31,967 bases of DNA, taken from contig JBGPCQ010000016.1 in NCBI GenBank assembly GCA_041481895.1, positions 1 through 31,967 of the forward strand. The letters run 5' to 3'. Made by a program: the position numbers and the translations under genes. Every line of letters begins with the position of its first letter. Position 1 is the first letter of the stretch. This DNA comes from Geobacteraceae bacterium. Its GTDB lineage: Bacteria > Desulfobacterota > Desulfuromonadia > Geobacterales > Geobacteraceae. Shown piece by piece: positions 15,373 through 25,000 of the stretch. Under the pieces are notes generated by a model. That model was not told where the DNA came from, did not search any database, and saw only the letters and a program-made list of their open reading frames with translations.

Positions 15373-16352
15373 CATCCTTGGCCCTGGCGTATGCGCGGGT
15401 CTGCCATGGCATACCCCACATCCGCCAGCAGGTTCCCCACCAGGGTGAGACATGCCCCTATCACCAGTATCCCCATGACGAGAGGGTAATCCCTCGACAT
15501 GACCCCCATGTAGAAGAGCTGGCCCATTCCGGGAATGGCGTAGATGGTCTCGAAGATCACGCTTCCGCCGATGAGACCGGGAATGGAGAACCCGAGCAGT
15601 GTTATAACCGGCAGCAGGGCATTTCTCAGGGCATGCTTATAAATGACCACCCGCTCGGGGAGACCCTTTGCTCTGGCTGTAGTAATATAATCCTGGCCTA
15701 TGACCTCGAGCATGGTGGAGCGCATGTAGCGCGAAAGTCCGGCCAGGCTTGAGAAGGTGGCTACAGAGACAGGGAGGATCAGGTGTTTTCCCATGTCCAG
15801 AAGCCATGTGAAGGTTCCGAAGCCCTCGCTGCCGAGAGAGTGGAGCCCGGAAATGGGCAACCAGGAGAGCTTAACACCGAAAAAGTACATGAGGAGCAGA
15901 GCCAGCCAGAATGTGGGAACCGCGAATCCTGCAAATACGAAAACCGTGATCGCTTTGTCGAGAGGGGTATTACGCCGGGTCGCGGCGAGGATACCGATCG
16001 GCACGGCAATTCCGAACTCCAGGATTAGGGCGATGATATTGAGGGAGAGCGTCACGGGAATACGCTCCTTGATTTTATCAATGACCTGCCGGTTGTCAGG
16101 GGCGAAGGAGCGGCCGAAATCAAGATGCGCAAGCCTTACCAGCCATTGTCCATACTGGACATGGAGCGGCTTGTCGAGACCGTAAAACTCCCTCATGCGC
16201 TGCCTGGCTTCGGCGCTGACTTTGGGGTTCATGGCGACCTGCATTTCCACCGGTTCCCCGGGGGCCAGGTGAATAACCGTAAAGGTTATCAGGGTAATTC
16301 CCAAGGCCAGCGGGACCATCATAAGGAATCGTTTTATCAGATACTGGGCCAT
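15372..16352 (-). CDS. ABC transporter permease, DppB/OppB-like
   Basis: 326 aa, multi-TM, with the block [27 protein letters not shown]. Confidence 0.9.
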   Translation of the reverse strand: MAQYLIKRFLMMVPLALGITLITFTVIHLAPGEPVEMQVAMNPKVSAEARQRMREFYGLDKPLHVQYGQWLVRLAHLDFGRSFAPDNRQVIDKIKERIPVTLSLNIIALILEFGIAVPIGILAATRRNTPLDKAITVFVFAGFAVPTFWLALLLMYFFGVKLSWLPISGLHSLGSEGFGTFTWLLDMGKHLILPVSVATFSSLAGLSRYMRSTMLEVIGQDYITTARAKGLPERVVIYKHALRNALLPVITLLGFSIPGLIGGSVIFETIYAIPGMGQLFYMGVMSRDYPLVMGILVIGACLTLVGNLLADVGYAMADPRIRQGQG

Positions 16353-16413
16353 GTAATATTCCGTATTACGAATTCCGGGTTATTGATGTTAATCCGAAGC
16401 TCGAAACCTGCTG

Positions 16414-18036
16414 TTAATGCATCTGTTCCTCTTTGGGCACATACCAGCGGATGAGATTGTACGAAATTCCCGCCGGGGCCGGCTCTATGCCGCGAAAACG
16501 GGCATTGACCACCGGAAGGGCATCGGGCACATAGAGAAAGGTATAGGGCTGCTCCTTGGCGAATATTTCCTGTATTCCGTAATAGCACTGTTTCCGCTTT
16601 TCCATGTCAAAGGTGCTGCGCCCCTCTTCCAGAAAATGATCAACCATACTGTTTTTGAAACCGATGAAATTGAGCTCCTTGGAGCCGGTTTTGCTCGAGT
16701 GCCACACATCGTAGATATCAGGATCCTGCCCGATGGTCCATCCCATGATGAGCGCCTCGAAATTACCCTTGTCAATAAACTGGCTCAGGAGCGATGCCCA
16801 TTCAATGACGCGAATTTTCACGTCTATGCCGATTTTTTTCAGGCGGCGCTGGATTATCTGAGCTGTCTTGAGCCGCTCGGAGTTCCCCTGGTTGGTCAGT
16901 ATGGTGAACTGGAACGGTTTGCCCCCCTTGACCAGGATACCATCAGGGTTGGTCTCTTTCCAGCCAGCCTCGGCCAGAAGCTGTTTCGCCCGTTCAGGGT
17001 TATAGTCAAAATCCTTGATGTGCGGATTCCAGGCCCAGGTACCCGGCTTGTAGGGGCCAGAGGCGATCTGCCCCATTCCGAGCAGAACCCCCTGGATGAT
17101 CTCTTCCTTGTTGATGGCAGAGGTCAGGGCCTGGCGCACCCGCCTGTCGGAAAAGAGGGGATGGCGAAGATTGTAGCCGAGATAGGTAAACGCGGAAGCA
17201 GGATAACGGTATTTGTTGAACCGGTCACGGAATTTCACGGTATTTGTCTGGCGCTGGTACTGGACCGGCGACAGCCCCATCATGTCGAGGGTCCCCGCTT
17301 TGAGTTCCATGTACATTGTAGAATTGTCGGGGATGATCCGATAGACGTAGCGGTCAATGTACGGCCGACCTTCGTAGTAATCATGATTGGATTCAAGCAC
17401 AAGCTTCTGCCCAGCCACCCATTCCTTGAAAACGTACGGGCCGGTTCCCACCGGATGGCGGGAAAGCCCGCTCTTGGTGATATCTTTCCCCTCAAGAAGA
17501 TGGGCCGGGAGTATGGACATTCCCCATGATTCCAGGGCCGGCGCGAAAGGCCTGGCATAGGTTACCCGGAAAGTATGCGTGGCTGGGGCTTCCGCATGTT
17601 GCACCTGCTTGAAGGCTTCCGCATAGGCAGTCGGAGTCTTGGGATCGATGGTGACAAGGTAGGTGAACAGGACGTCCCGGGAGGTAAATTCTGCGCCGTC
17701 GTGCCATTTCACCCCCTTGCGGAGGTGAAAGGTTATGGCCAGTCCGTCGGGGGATACTTCCCACGATTCTGCAAGGTCCCCTTCCAGCTTGAAGTCCTTG
17801 TCGTAACGGACGAGACCGTTGTAAATATGGCCGGCAACTTCGTGTGAAGGACTGTCGGAAGCCAAAAGAGGGATCATCGTCGAAGGTTCGCCGATTGAGC
17901 CGACGACCAGGGCATCACCGTATGCCGGCTTTCCAGGGCCTCGCATGACGGGTGCTGCCCTGTTACTGCCGCTGTCACACGCAACCTGCAGCACGAGCGA
18001 CAAAAGCACAAGGGGGGCGACCCACCCTCTCCTCAT
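16414..18036 (-). CDS. ABC transporter substrate-binding protein, family 5 (peptide/nickel/opine type), secreted
   Basis: 540 aa with an N-terminal signal containing Cys (LVLQVACDSG) and typical SBP-5 blocks (LV.YD.d.k..p.LAESWE.S.DG...TF.LRKGVKWHDG). Its start overlaps the TPR gene stop (ATGA, 18033-18036). Confidence 0.9.
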   Translation of the reverse strand: MRRGWVAPLVLLSLVLQVACDSGSNRAAPVMRGPGKPAYGDALVVGSIGEPSTMIPLLASDSPSHEVAGHIYNGLVRYDKDFKLEGDLAESWEVSPDGLAITFHLRKGVKWHDGAEFTSRDVLFTYLVTIDPKTPTAYAEAFKQVQHAEAPATHTFRVTYARPFAPALESWGMSILPAHLLEGKDITKSGLSRHPVGTGPYVFKEWVAGQKLVLESNHDYYEGRPYIDRYVYRIIPDNSTMYMELKAGTLDMMGLSPVQYQRQTNTVKFRDRFNKYRYPASAFTYLGYNLRHPLFSDRRVRQALTSAINKEEIIQGVLLGMGQIASGPYKPGTWAWNPHIKDFDYNPERAKQLLAEAGWKETNPDGILVKGGKPFQFTILTNQGNSERLKTAQIIQRRLKKIGIDVKIRVIEWASLLSQFIDKGNFEALIMGWTIGQDPDIYDVWHSSKTGSKELNFIGFKNSMVDHFLEEGRSTFDMEKRKQCYYGIQEIFAKEQPYTFLYVPDALPVVNARFRGIEPAPAGISYNLIRWYVPKEEQMH

Positions 18037-19739
18037 TTGTCTCCAGTCTCCGAAGTAATTTTTTTTATCTTTTCTGCAACGTCCTTGCGTTCAGGGTCAA
18101 GTTTCTCTACCTGACGAAAGAGGGGGAGCGCCTTGCGATAATCATGTCTGGCAAAGTAGACGTCGGCCAGATGGCCGATGATAGTCGGGTCGTTTTCGAC
18201 CAGTTCCGTTGCCCGCTCAAGGTTGAGAATCGCATCCTCGTAACGCTTCAGCTTGAAATATACCCAGCCCAGGCTGTCCCTGATAAATCCGTCATCGGGC
18301 TGCAGAGTTACCGCCTTTTTGAGATACTGGAGCGCCTCTTCAAGGTGTATGCCCATCTCGGCATAGGTATAGCCGAGATAATTCAGCGCCTGGGGATCAT
18401 CCGGCGTCAGAGCGATGACTTCCTTCATTTTGGCAATCGACTCTTCCCTCTTGCCGATCTTGTCGTAGAGTATGCCGATGCGGAAAATCACCCTCGCATC
18501 GGAAGGAACGCGTTTGCCGAGATCCGCAAGCACCTTCAGGCTCTCTTCATTGCGGTCAAGCGATTCGTAGAGCGCGGCGAGATTCAGGTGGAGATCGATC
18601 TTATCAGGCTGGGCAGCAACTGTTTCCCTGAGAAGGGTTACTCCTGCCTCCGGATCCCCCTTTTCCTTGTACAGGAATGCGAGGTGCCCTACAGCATCGG
18701 CATAATTGAATGCGGATGACGGGATCTTTTTAAATTCTTCGATGGCATGGTCAAGGTCACCCTTTTCTTCGTAGGCTGACCCGAGATAGAGGCGTATCGG
18801 ATAGGCATTGGGCTCCTGTTTGAGTATCCCGGTAAACTCCTGTATCGCCTCATCATAACGTTCCAACTCCATGTAGATAAGGCCGATTTTCCTGTTAACT
18901 TCCAGCCCTCCATAGCCCTGCTGCGCTATTTTCTGCAGCAGAAGCAACGCATCCTGTAGGTTATGCTGTTGTACATCGAGCTGAATAAGGTGCTGCATCA
19001 CATTGTAATTCGAGGGGTTTATTTCAAGGAGTTCTTTATAGGCTGAAATTGCCTCGCCATAAAGCCCCTGAGTCTCCATCGTTATCGCCAGATCGAGTAT
19101 GGCCTGCTCAAAATCAGGTTTTATCTCGATGGCCTTTTTATAATAATTGAGCGCCTCCCGGGTAAGTTTCATCTGATCATATGTTTTGCCCAGATAATAG
19201 TAGCCCAGAAAAGACTCCGGCACGATCTTGATAAGGTCCTTAAGGTTATTGACCGCCTCCTCGTACTCGGAAATCTTTACATAGGAAAGCGAAAGGTGCA
19301 GATATGCCTGCTCTTTTTTCGGATCCAGCTCTTTTGCCTTTTTATAGTGAACAATGGCTTCCCTGTCTTTCTTCATACCCATGAGCAGGTTGCCTGTAAA
19401 CAGGTGCGCATCGACATTGTTGGGATCCAGCTTGAGCGATTTTTCGGCAGCTTCAAGCGCTTCATCCGGCCTGTTCAACTTTATGAGCAGGTTGGCCATG
19501 GCAAACTGCAGATACGCTGAACTCGGATCGGCGTCTAACGCGGTGCGAAGAAGAGGAAAAGCGCCTTCGAGATCACCGTCAAGAATATGAAGCCGTGCAA
19601 GAGAATAGATATACAGCCCCCTGGACTCGGCTACATTCATGGTGGGGACGGATGACAGGGGTTCATTGACCATATGCGCGGTGCAGGCGGTCAAAAATCC
19701 CGCAAGGAAGATTACTGCGATACTGCGAATCTTATCCAT
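18033..19739 (-). CDS. TPR-repeat lipoprotein
   Basis: 568 aa with the lipobox FLAGFLTAC at the N-terminus and more than 10 TPR-like 34-aa repeats (A...Y.KALE.dP....A...LG). It is translationally coupled to the SBP gene. Confidence 0.85.
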   Translation of the reverse strand: MDKIRSIAVIFLAGFLTACTAHMVNEPLSSVPTMNVAESRGLYIYSLARLHILDGDLEGAFPLLRTALDADPSSAYLQFAMANLLIKLNRPDEALEAAEKSLKLDPNNVDAHLFTGNLLMGMKKDREAIVHYKKAKELDPKKEQAYLHLSLSYVKISEYEEAVNNLKDLIKIVPESFLGYYYLGKTYDQMKLTREALNYYKKAIEIKPDFEQAILDLAITMETQGLYGEAISAYKELLEINPSNYNVMQHLIQLDVQQHNLQDALLLLQKIAQQGYGGLEVNRKIGLIYMELERYDEAIQEFTGILKQEPNAYPIRLYLGSAYEEKGDLDHAIEEFKKIPSSAFNYADAVGHLAFLYKEKGDPEAGVTLLRETVAAQPDKIDLHLNLAALYESLDRNEESLKVLADLGKRVPSDARVIFRIGILYDKIGKREESIAKMKEVIALTPDDPQALNYLGYTYAEMGIHLEEALQYLKKAVTLQPDDGFIRDSLGWVYFKLKRYEDAILNLERATELVENDPTIIGHLADVYFARHDYRKALPLFRQVEKLDPERKDVAEKIKKITSETGDK

Positions 19740-19883
19740 GGATTTCCCTATATGAAAAATACCAGACGTTCGTCAAAGACTTCATGTCCGCCATGATCTC
19801 TTTTCGTCGTCCGGCTTCTGTTGACGTAGTTGATTGGTGGAAATCGGATTGGGCAATGTACGCGTCGGCAAAGTGCATTACCG

Positions 19884-19905
19884 ATAACTGTCAGTTATCA
19901 GTTAT
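19884..19905. promoter_or_regulatory. Palindrome plus direct repeat, candidate operator in the divergent intergenic region
   Basis: ATAACTG-t-CAGTTAT is followed immediately by a second CAGTTAT. It lies in an AT-rich region 145 nt upstream of the TPR operon start. Confidence 0.3.
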
Positions 19906-19958
19906 TCTTATATAAAAAGCTAGCATAATTCATATGGAGCGTCAAATAATAATCGTTA

Positions 19959-19988
19959 TTGATTCTTGCGACGATCAGGTAGTATGAT
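19959..19988 (+). promoter_or_regulatory. Possible sigma70-type promoter firing into repeat copy B
   Basis: TTGATT - 18 nt - TATGAT. The predicted TSS is about 19995, which is the first nucleotides of the repeat. Confidence 0.35.
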
Positions 19989-19993
19989 ATCGT

Positions 19994-20177
19994 TAGTTTG
20001 TTTCCATCCGAAAACTCCGGATGAGAACCTAACAGTTTCCAATTCGGAAAAGAGGGATTTTTTGTCCTGGCAAGGGAATCAAGGGATTGCGCGGAGGCGT
20101 ACATCGGTACGCCGCACAAGCAAGCCTGCAGATTGACGCAGCCAAGGCGAAAAAGAACCCTTTCTGGATGGAAACTA
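19994..20177 (+). repeat. Structured ~180-nt repeat, family 1, copy B (candidate leader RNA or MITE)
   Basis: It aligns with 8315-8494 (about 85-90% identical by eye, with one 4-nt gttt duplication near the 5' end). The core is at 20083-20127 with loop atcg. It ends 25 nt before ATG 20203. Confidence 0.9.
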
Positions 20178-20202
20178 GTTATAAAGTCGCAAAGGATCCC
20201 GA

Positions 20203-21765
20203 ATGGAACAGAGGATCTTACAATCGCTCCTTGCACCCTCGGCATACCCTGAACCCACCTCGGCAGTACACCTTGTTCAGACTCACGTCTCGTTAATTTT
20301 CATCACTGACAATTTCGTCTACAAAATAAAAAAGCCGGTTAATCTCGGGTTCCTTAACTTTACGACCCTTGACCGGCGTCGCTTTTACTGCACCGAGGAA
20401 GTCCGGCTGAATCGCCGCCTCTGCCCCGACATCTACCTGGGTGTCGTAGAAGTGCGTGATTCGGAAGGCGGCGCCAGGTTTGACGGTGAAGGAAAGGTCA
20501 TTGACTATGCCGTGAAGATGAAAAGGCTTCCCGAAGAACGGATGATGGCACGTCTGTTACAGGAAAGCACCATTGGCGACGAAGATATTCAACGGATTGC
20601 CCGCACAATAGGCGAATTCCACCTCAAAGCCGACCAGGGGGAGGAAATCAACAGCTACGGCAGCCCGGCAGCCATATGGCATAACTGGGACGAAAGCTTT
20701 CAGCAGATCGCAGAGTTTGTTCCAGCCGTCATCTCCACTACGAATCTGCATATCATCAGGGATTGGGCAGATGCTTTCCTGGCGGGGAATGAGGGAATCT
20801 TTACCGAACGCGTCTCCCAGGGATTCATAAGAGACTGCGACGGCGACATACACATGGGAAACATCTGCCTGACCGACCGCATATGGATATTCGACTGCAT
20901 TGAGTTCAACAACCGGTTTCGCTATTCCGATACAGCAGCGGATATTGCCTTCCTCCTGATGGATTTCGATTTTAACGCGCGGAGTGATTTCTCCGGGATA
21001 TTTTTGGCAGAATATATCGAAACGACCGGGGACTCAGGCATTACGAAGGTACTCGATTTCTACAAGATATATCGGGCCGTCGTGCGCGGTAAAGTTGAAT
21101 GCTTCAAATTACGGGACCCGGATATCCCGGAAGACGCTCAGCAAGAGGCTAAAGCCCGGGCAACCCGTTATTTTCTGCTCGCCAGAGGATACGTCATCCG
21201 CAGAAAACTCCCCCCCACTCTCATTATTACCTCCGGTCTGATGGGGAGCGGCAAGAGCAGCACAGCTGCCGAACTTGCCTTCGAGCTCGGCATGCAGCTC
21301 TATTCTTCCGACGCGGCAAGAAAGGAAATTGCGCACCTCCCCGCGCATTCACACGACTTCTCCGCATACGGCAAGGGAATATACAGTGCCGGCTTCAATG
21401 AAGCAACCTACGACACGTTGTTTGCCAACGCTGAAAAGTCCCTCAAGGCAGGTGAGAGCGTCATCATTGACGCCTCATTCCGCAGGAAAATCGACCGCGC
21501 CCGTTTCCGCGCCCTTGCCGAAAAACTTTCCGCGTCTTATTATACCATTACTACAGTCTGCCCGGAATATCTCATAAAAGAACGGCTCGACGAGCGGGTG
21601 GAACGTCCCTGCACGGTCTCGGACGGCAGATGGGAATTGTTCCGGATGCAGTCCGAAGAGTTCGAACCCTTTGGCATCGATGAGGAAAAACGGATTTGCA
21701 TCGATACTTCCCTCCCGCTTCGTGATACTATCGACACAATTTTGCACTCAATGGAGATCTTATGA
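20203..21765 (+). CDS. Bifunctional aminoglycoside-phosphotransferase-like kinase / P-loop (AAA_33-type) kinase fusion
   Basis: 520 aa. The N-terminal half has APH/eukaryotic-like kinase motifs (VYKIKKP, DGDIHMGNICL, IFDCIEFN). The C-terminal ~170 aa has Walker A GLMGSGKSSTA. Confidence 0.8.
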   Translation: MEQRILQSLLAPSAYPEPTSAVHLVQTHVSLIFITDNFVYKIKKPVNLGFLNFTTLDRRRFYCTEEVRLNRRLCPDIYLGVVEVRDSEGGARFDGEGKVIDYAVKMKRLPEERMMARLLQESTIGDEDIQRIARTIGEFHLKADQGEEINSYGSPAAIWHNWDESFQQIAEFVPAVISTTNLHIIRDWADAFLAGNEGIFTERVSQGFIRDCDGDIHMGNICLTDRIWIFDCIEFNNRFRYSDTAADIAFLLMDFDFNARSDFSGIFLAEYIETTGDSGITKVLDFYKIYRAVVRGKVECFKLRDPDIPEDAQQEAKARATRYFLLARGYVIRRKLPPTLIITSGLMGSGKSSTAAELAFELGMQLYSSDAARKEIAHLPAHSHDFSAYGKGIYSAGFNEATYDTLFANAEKSLKAGESVIIDASFRRKIDRARFRALAEKLSASYYTITTVCPEYLIKERLDERVERPCTVSDGRWELFRMQSEEFEPFGIDEEKRICIDTSLPLRDTIDTILHSMEIL

Positions 21766-22013
21766 GACATGATCTGAAATCGAGTTTTTTCAAGCGTCTC
21801 AATCTCAACGAATCATGGATTATTTTTTTCGTTCTGGGGATCATCATGATGAATTACCCCTTTATCAATATTTTCAATAAACCGACCCAGCTGTTCGGCA
21901 TACCGGTTTTTTATCTGTACATGTATCTCGGCTGGCTGGTTTCCATACTGGTCATCTACCTCTTTGTCAAAGCTATCGACCATGAAGAAAATAATAAAGG
22001 AGACCATCGCTGA
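21762..22013 (+). CDS. Small two-TM membrane protein, resembles solute:sodium symporter small subunits (DUF4212-like)
   Basis: 83 aa with two hydrophobic helices (WIIFFVLGIIMMNYPFINIF; FGIPVFYLYMYLGWLVSILVIYLFV). Its start overlaps the kinase stop (ATGA) and its stop overlaps the next start (TGATG). The family call is from recollection only. Confidence 0.55.
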   Translation: MRHDLKSSFFKRLNLNESWIIFFVLGIIMMNYPFINIFNKPTQLFGIPVFYLYMYLGWLVSILVIYLFVKAIDHEENNKGDHR

Positions 22014-25000
22014 TGTTGAGCATCCAGCTCGTAACAGGGGTGTCCCTTCTCTATATAGCCCTGCTCTTCCTGGTGGCGTACTATGCCGACACAAAGCGCG
22101 CGCAGGGGGAGAGCATCATCTCCAATCCCACTATCTATTCACTCTCCATCGCCGTCTACGCAACCGCATGGACCTTTTACGGCAGCGTCGGCAAGGCTGC
22201 CACCACAGGCATCGATTTTCTCCTCATCTATCTCGGTCCCTCGCTGACCGCCTTTGCCTGGTGGTTCCTCCTGCGCAAAATCGTGCGGATCAGCAAGGAG
22301 AATAACATCACATCAATTGCCGACTTCATCAGTTCACGCTACGGCAAGTCCCAATGGCTCGGCGCAGTGATAACCGTTATCGTCATTTTGGGAATAATGC
22401 CCTACATCGCTCTCCAGTTGAAGGCTGTTACCACCACGTTCTCCATCATTACCGGATATTCGAGTGCCAGTTTGCAGTTTTTCGGCGGGAATTTCTCGCT
22501 GATTTCCCGTCCCGGCTTTCTTGCTGCCCTTATCCTGAGTATCTTCAGCATTGTTTTCGGCGCCAGGCACCTGGTTTCCTCGGAGAGGCATGAAGGTTTA
22601 GTGGCTGCTATTGCCGTAGAATCGATCGTCAAGCTGGTAGCATTTATCAGTGTCGGCATCTATGTGACCTACTTCATGTTCGACGGCTACGCCGACATCT
22701 TTTCCCGTCTCCAGGCGAAAGATCCGGCGCTTTTTGCTCGTCTGACTACCATCGGAAGCGAGCAACAGGTTTCTTACCCGCAATGGTTCACGACGCTTTT
22801 TATCTCCATGGGGGCAATAATGCTGCTCCCCCGCCAATTCCATATTCTCGTGATCGAAAATTCCAACGAAGCACATATCAAGGACGCCATGTGGCGTTTC
22901 CCTGCCTATATGTTTCTCATCAATCTTTTCGTCATGCCGATAGCCCTCGGCGGTATTTTGCATACCGGCAGTGCGAGCGGCGCCGACTTCTTCGTCCTCA
23001 CCCTCCCTTTGCAAAACGGCCACCACTGGCTGGCGCTGCTGGCTTTTCTCGGCGGTTTCTCCGCAGCGACCGGCATGGTTATTGTTGAGTCTGTGGCTAT
23101 TTCCACCATGTTTCTCAACCACCTGGTAATGCCGATCGTCATAAAGTTGCAGCCCAGAAGCTGGTTCCCCATTCTCCTGATAAATCTGAAACGCTTCGGG
23201 ATTGTTCTGGTGATATTCCTGGGCTATCTCTACTACCGTATTGTGGGCGACACCTACATGCTCGTGAACATGGGGCTGATATCCTTCGCCGCGGCGGCCC
23301 AATTCGCGCCGGCACTACTTGGCGGCCTCTACTGGCACCGGGGGAACAAGGCCGGGGCCATCACCGGCCTTGTGCTCGGCTTCATCAGCTGGTTCTATAC
23401 CCTGCTGATCCCATCCTTCGTCAAATCCGGCTGGTGGCAGAGCGATATTCTCGAAAAAGGCCCCTTTGGTCTGGAGTTTTTCAAACCGACCGATCTATTC
23501 GGCCTCGTCGGATTCGATGTATGGTCAAATGCCATGTTCTGGAGCATGTTTTTCAATATCGGCGGGTACCTGGCCATCTCGATAATCTTTTCCCAGGATG
23601 AGAATGAAAAGGAGCAGGTAAGGAAATTCGTTGACGTTTTCAAACCGCCCACGGAGGGGAGCCCGTGGGAAACGAAACGGCTGTCGAAGCCGGTCACCAT
23701 CATGCAGTTTGTCAATCTCATGGCGAAATTCATTGGCGAAAGCCAGGCCCATTCCGCCATTGCCGAATACATGGGCACCCGGGAAATCGACGAACAGGGG
23801 GGTGTTTCGGAATTCGAACTCCCGCAACTCAAGCGTTTTATCGAGAAGACGCTGGCGGGCTCTCTCGGTGGCGCAGCTGCAGGCGCAGTGGTGGAAAGTT
23901 ACCTGTCGGATGTAGGCTCGAAGATGGAATCAGTCTATGATATTTTCAGCACCGTGCGCACCGAATTGTCCGAAAGCCGCGAAGCCTTATCCGTCCGGCT
24001 CAGGGCTTCCGAGATAATGAACCGGACTCTTGACCTCCCCATCATCATGTATGACCTCCTCGAGCTTATCCGGAAGGAATTCAAGTTCGATCTGGCGGTT
24101 ATCAGAATTGTCGATGGTAACGGCGCATTAGAAACCCGAAGCTTCAGCGGCATGTCGATTCCCTCCATTACCGATCGGCTGATAGTTCCTGATATTAACA
24201 CGCATATCGGAGATGCATTCCTGTCGAACAAACCGAGATTTTTGAACGACACCCGGCACAATATCAAACCGGACTCAAAAGAGCTAATGGACCGGGAAGT
24301 GATCCTGTCGTTCGCCCACATCCCCATCGCCCGCGAAGGAGCGCCGCCGGTCGGCGTATTATCGGTTTTTTCACGGTCGATCGTCGGGCTTTTCACCCAG
24401 CCCTTCATCGATCTGCTCACGAGTCTTGCCGGTCAGCTTGCACAAGCCATAAAAATAGATTCGGAAATAATGGCAAAAGATCAAGAGCGCCGGCAGAAAG
24501 AAGAAGCCCTGCTGGAAAACGTCAGGGTTACACGGGAGATGGAAATTGCAAAGCAGATCCAGCTCTCCCTCCTCCCCGCGTCTCCTCCGTATTTGAGAGG
24601 AGCGCTCCTTGCCTGCCGTTGTGTCCCGGCAACCCATGTGGGTGGCGATTACTACGACTTTTTCCGGCGCGGCGAGAATGTCATTGATATCGTAATCGCC
24701 GATGTTTCCGGCCACAGCGTGGGGGCGGCCCTGATAATGGCAGAGACGCGCAGCGTATTAAGGTCGCAGTTCCATGCTACCAACAGCACCAGTGACATTC
24801 TGGCAATGCTCAATGAGGAACTTTACGAGGACCTGACGAGCGCTGAACTCTTCATCACCATGTTTTACGTAAAATACAACATGGAAAACCGTCTCCTCAC
24901 CTATGCCAGCGCCGGGCACAACCGACCGCTCCTTTTCCGCCCCGGCGGGTCTTACTGCACCGAATTGGATGCTGAAGGGCTCATCGTCGGCGTGAAAAGG

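Noticed and set aside
16417-18719. Long + strand ORFs 16417..17529 (370 aa) and 17952..18719 (255 aa)
   Set aside because: They are antisense shadows of the SBP and TPR genes and have no motifs. The minus-strand frames have clear family signatures and coupled start/stop codons.
8315-20177. CRISPR array hypothesis for the repeated ~180-nt sequences
   Set aside because: The copies are 7-12 kb apart, 110-180 nt long, not regularly spaced, and not associated with cas genes.
22598-23302. 234-aa minus-strand ORF inside the SSF domain region
   Set aside because: It is an antisense shadow. The plus-strand frame encodes continuous TM helices of the symporter-like domain.
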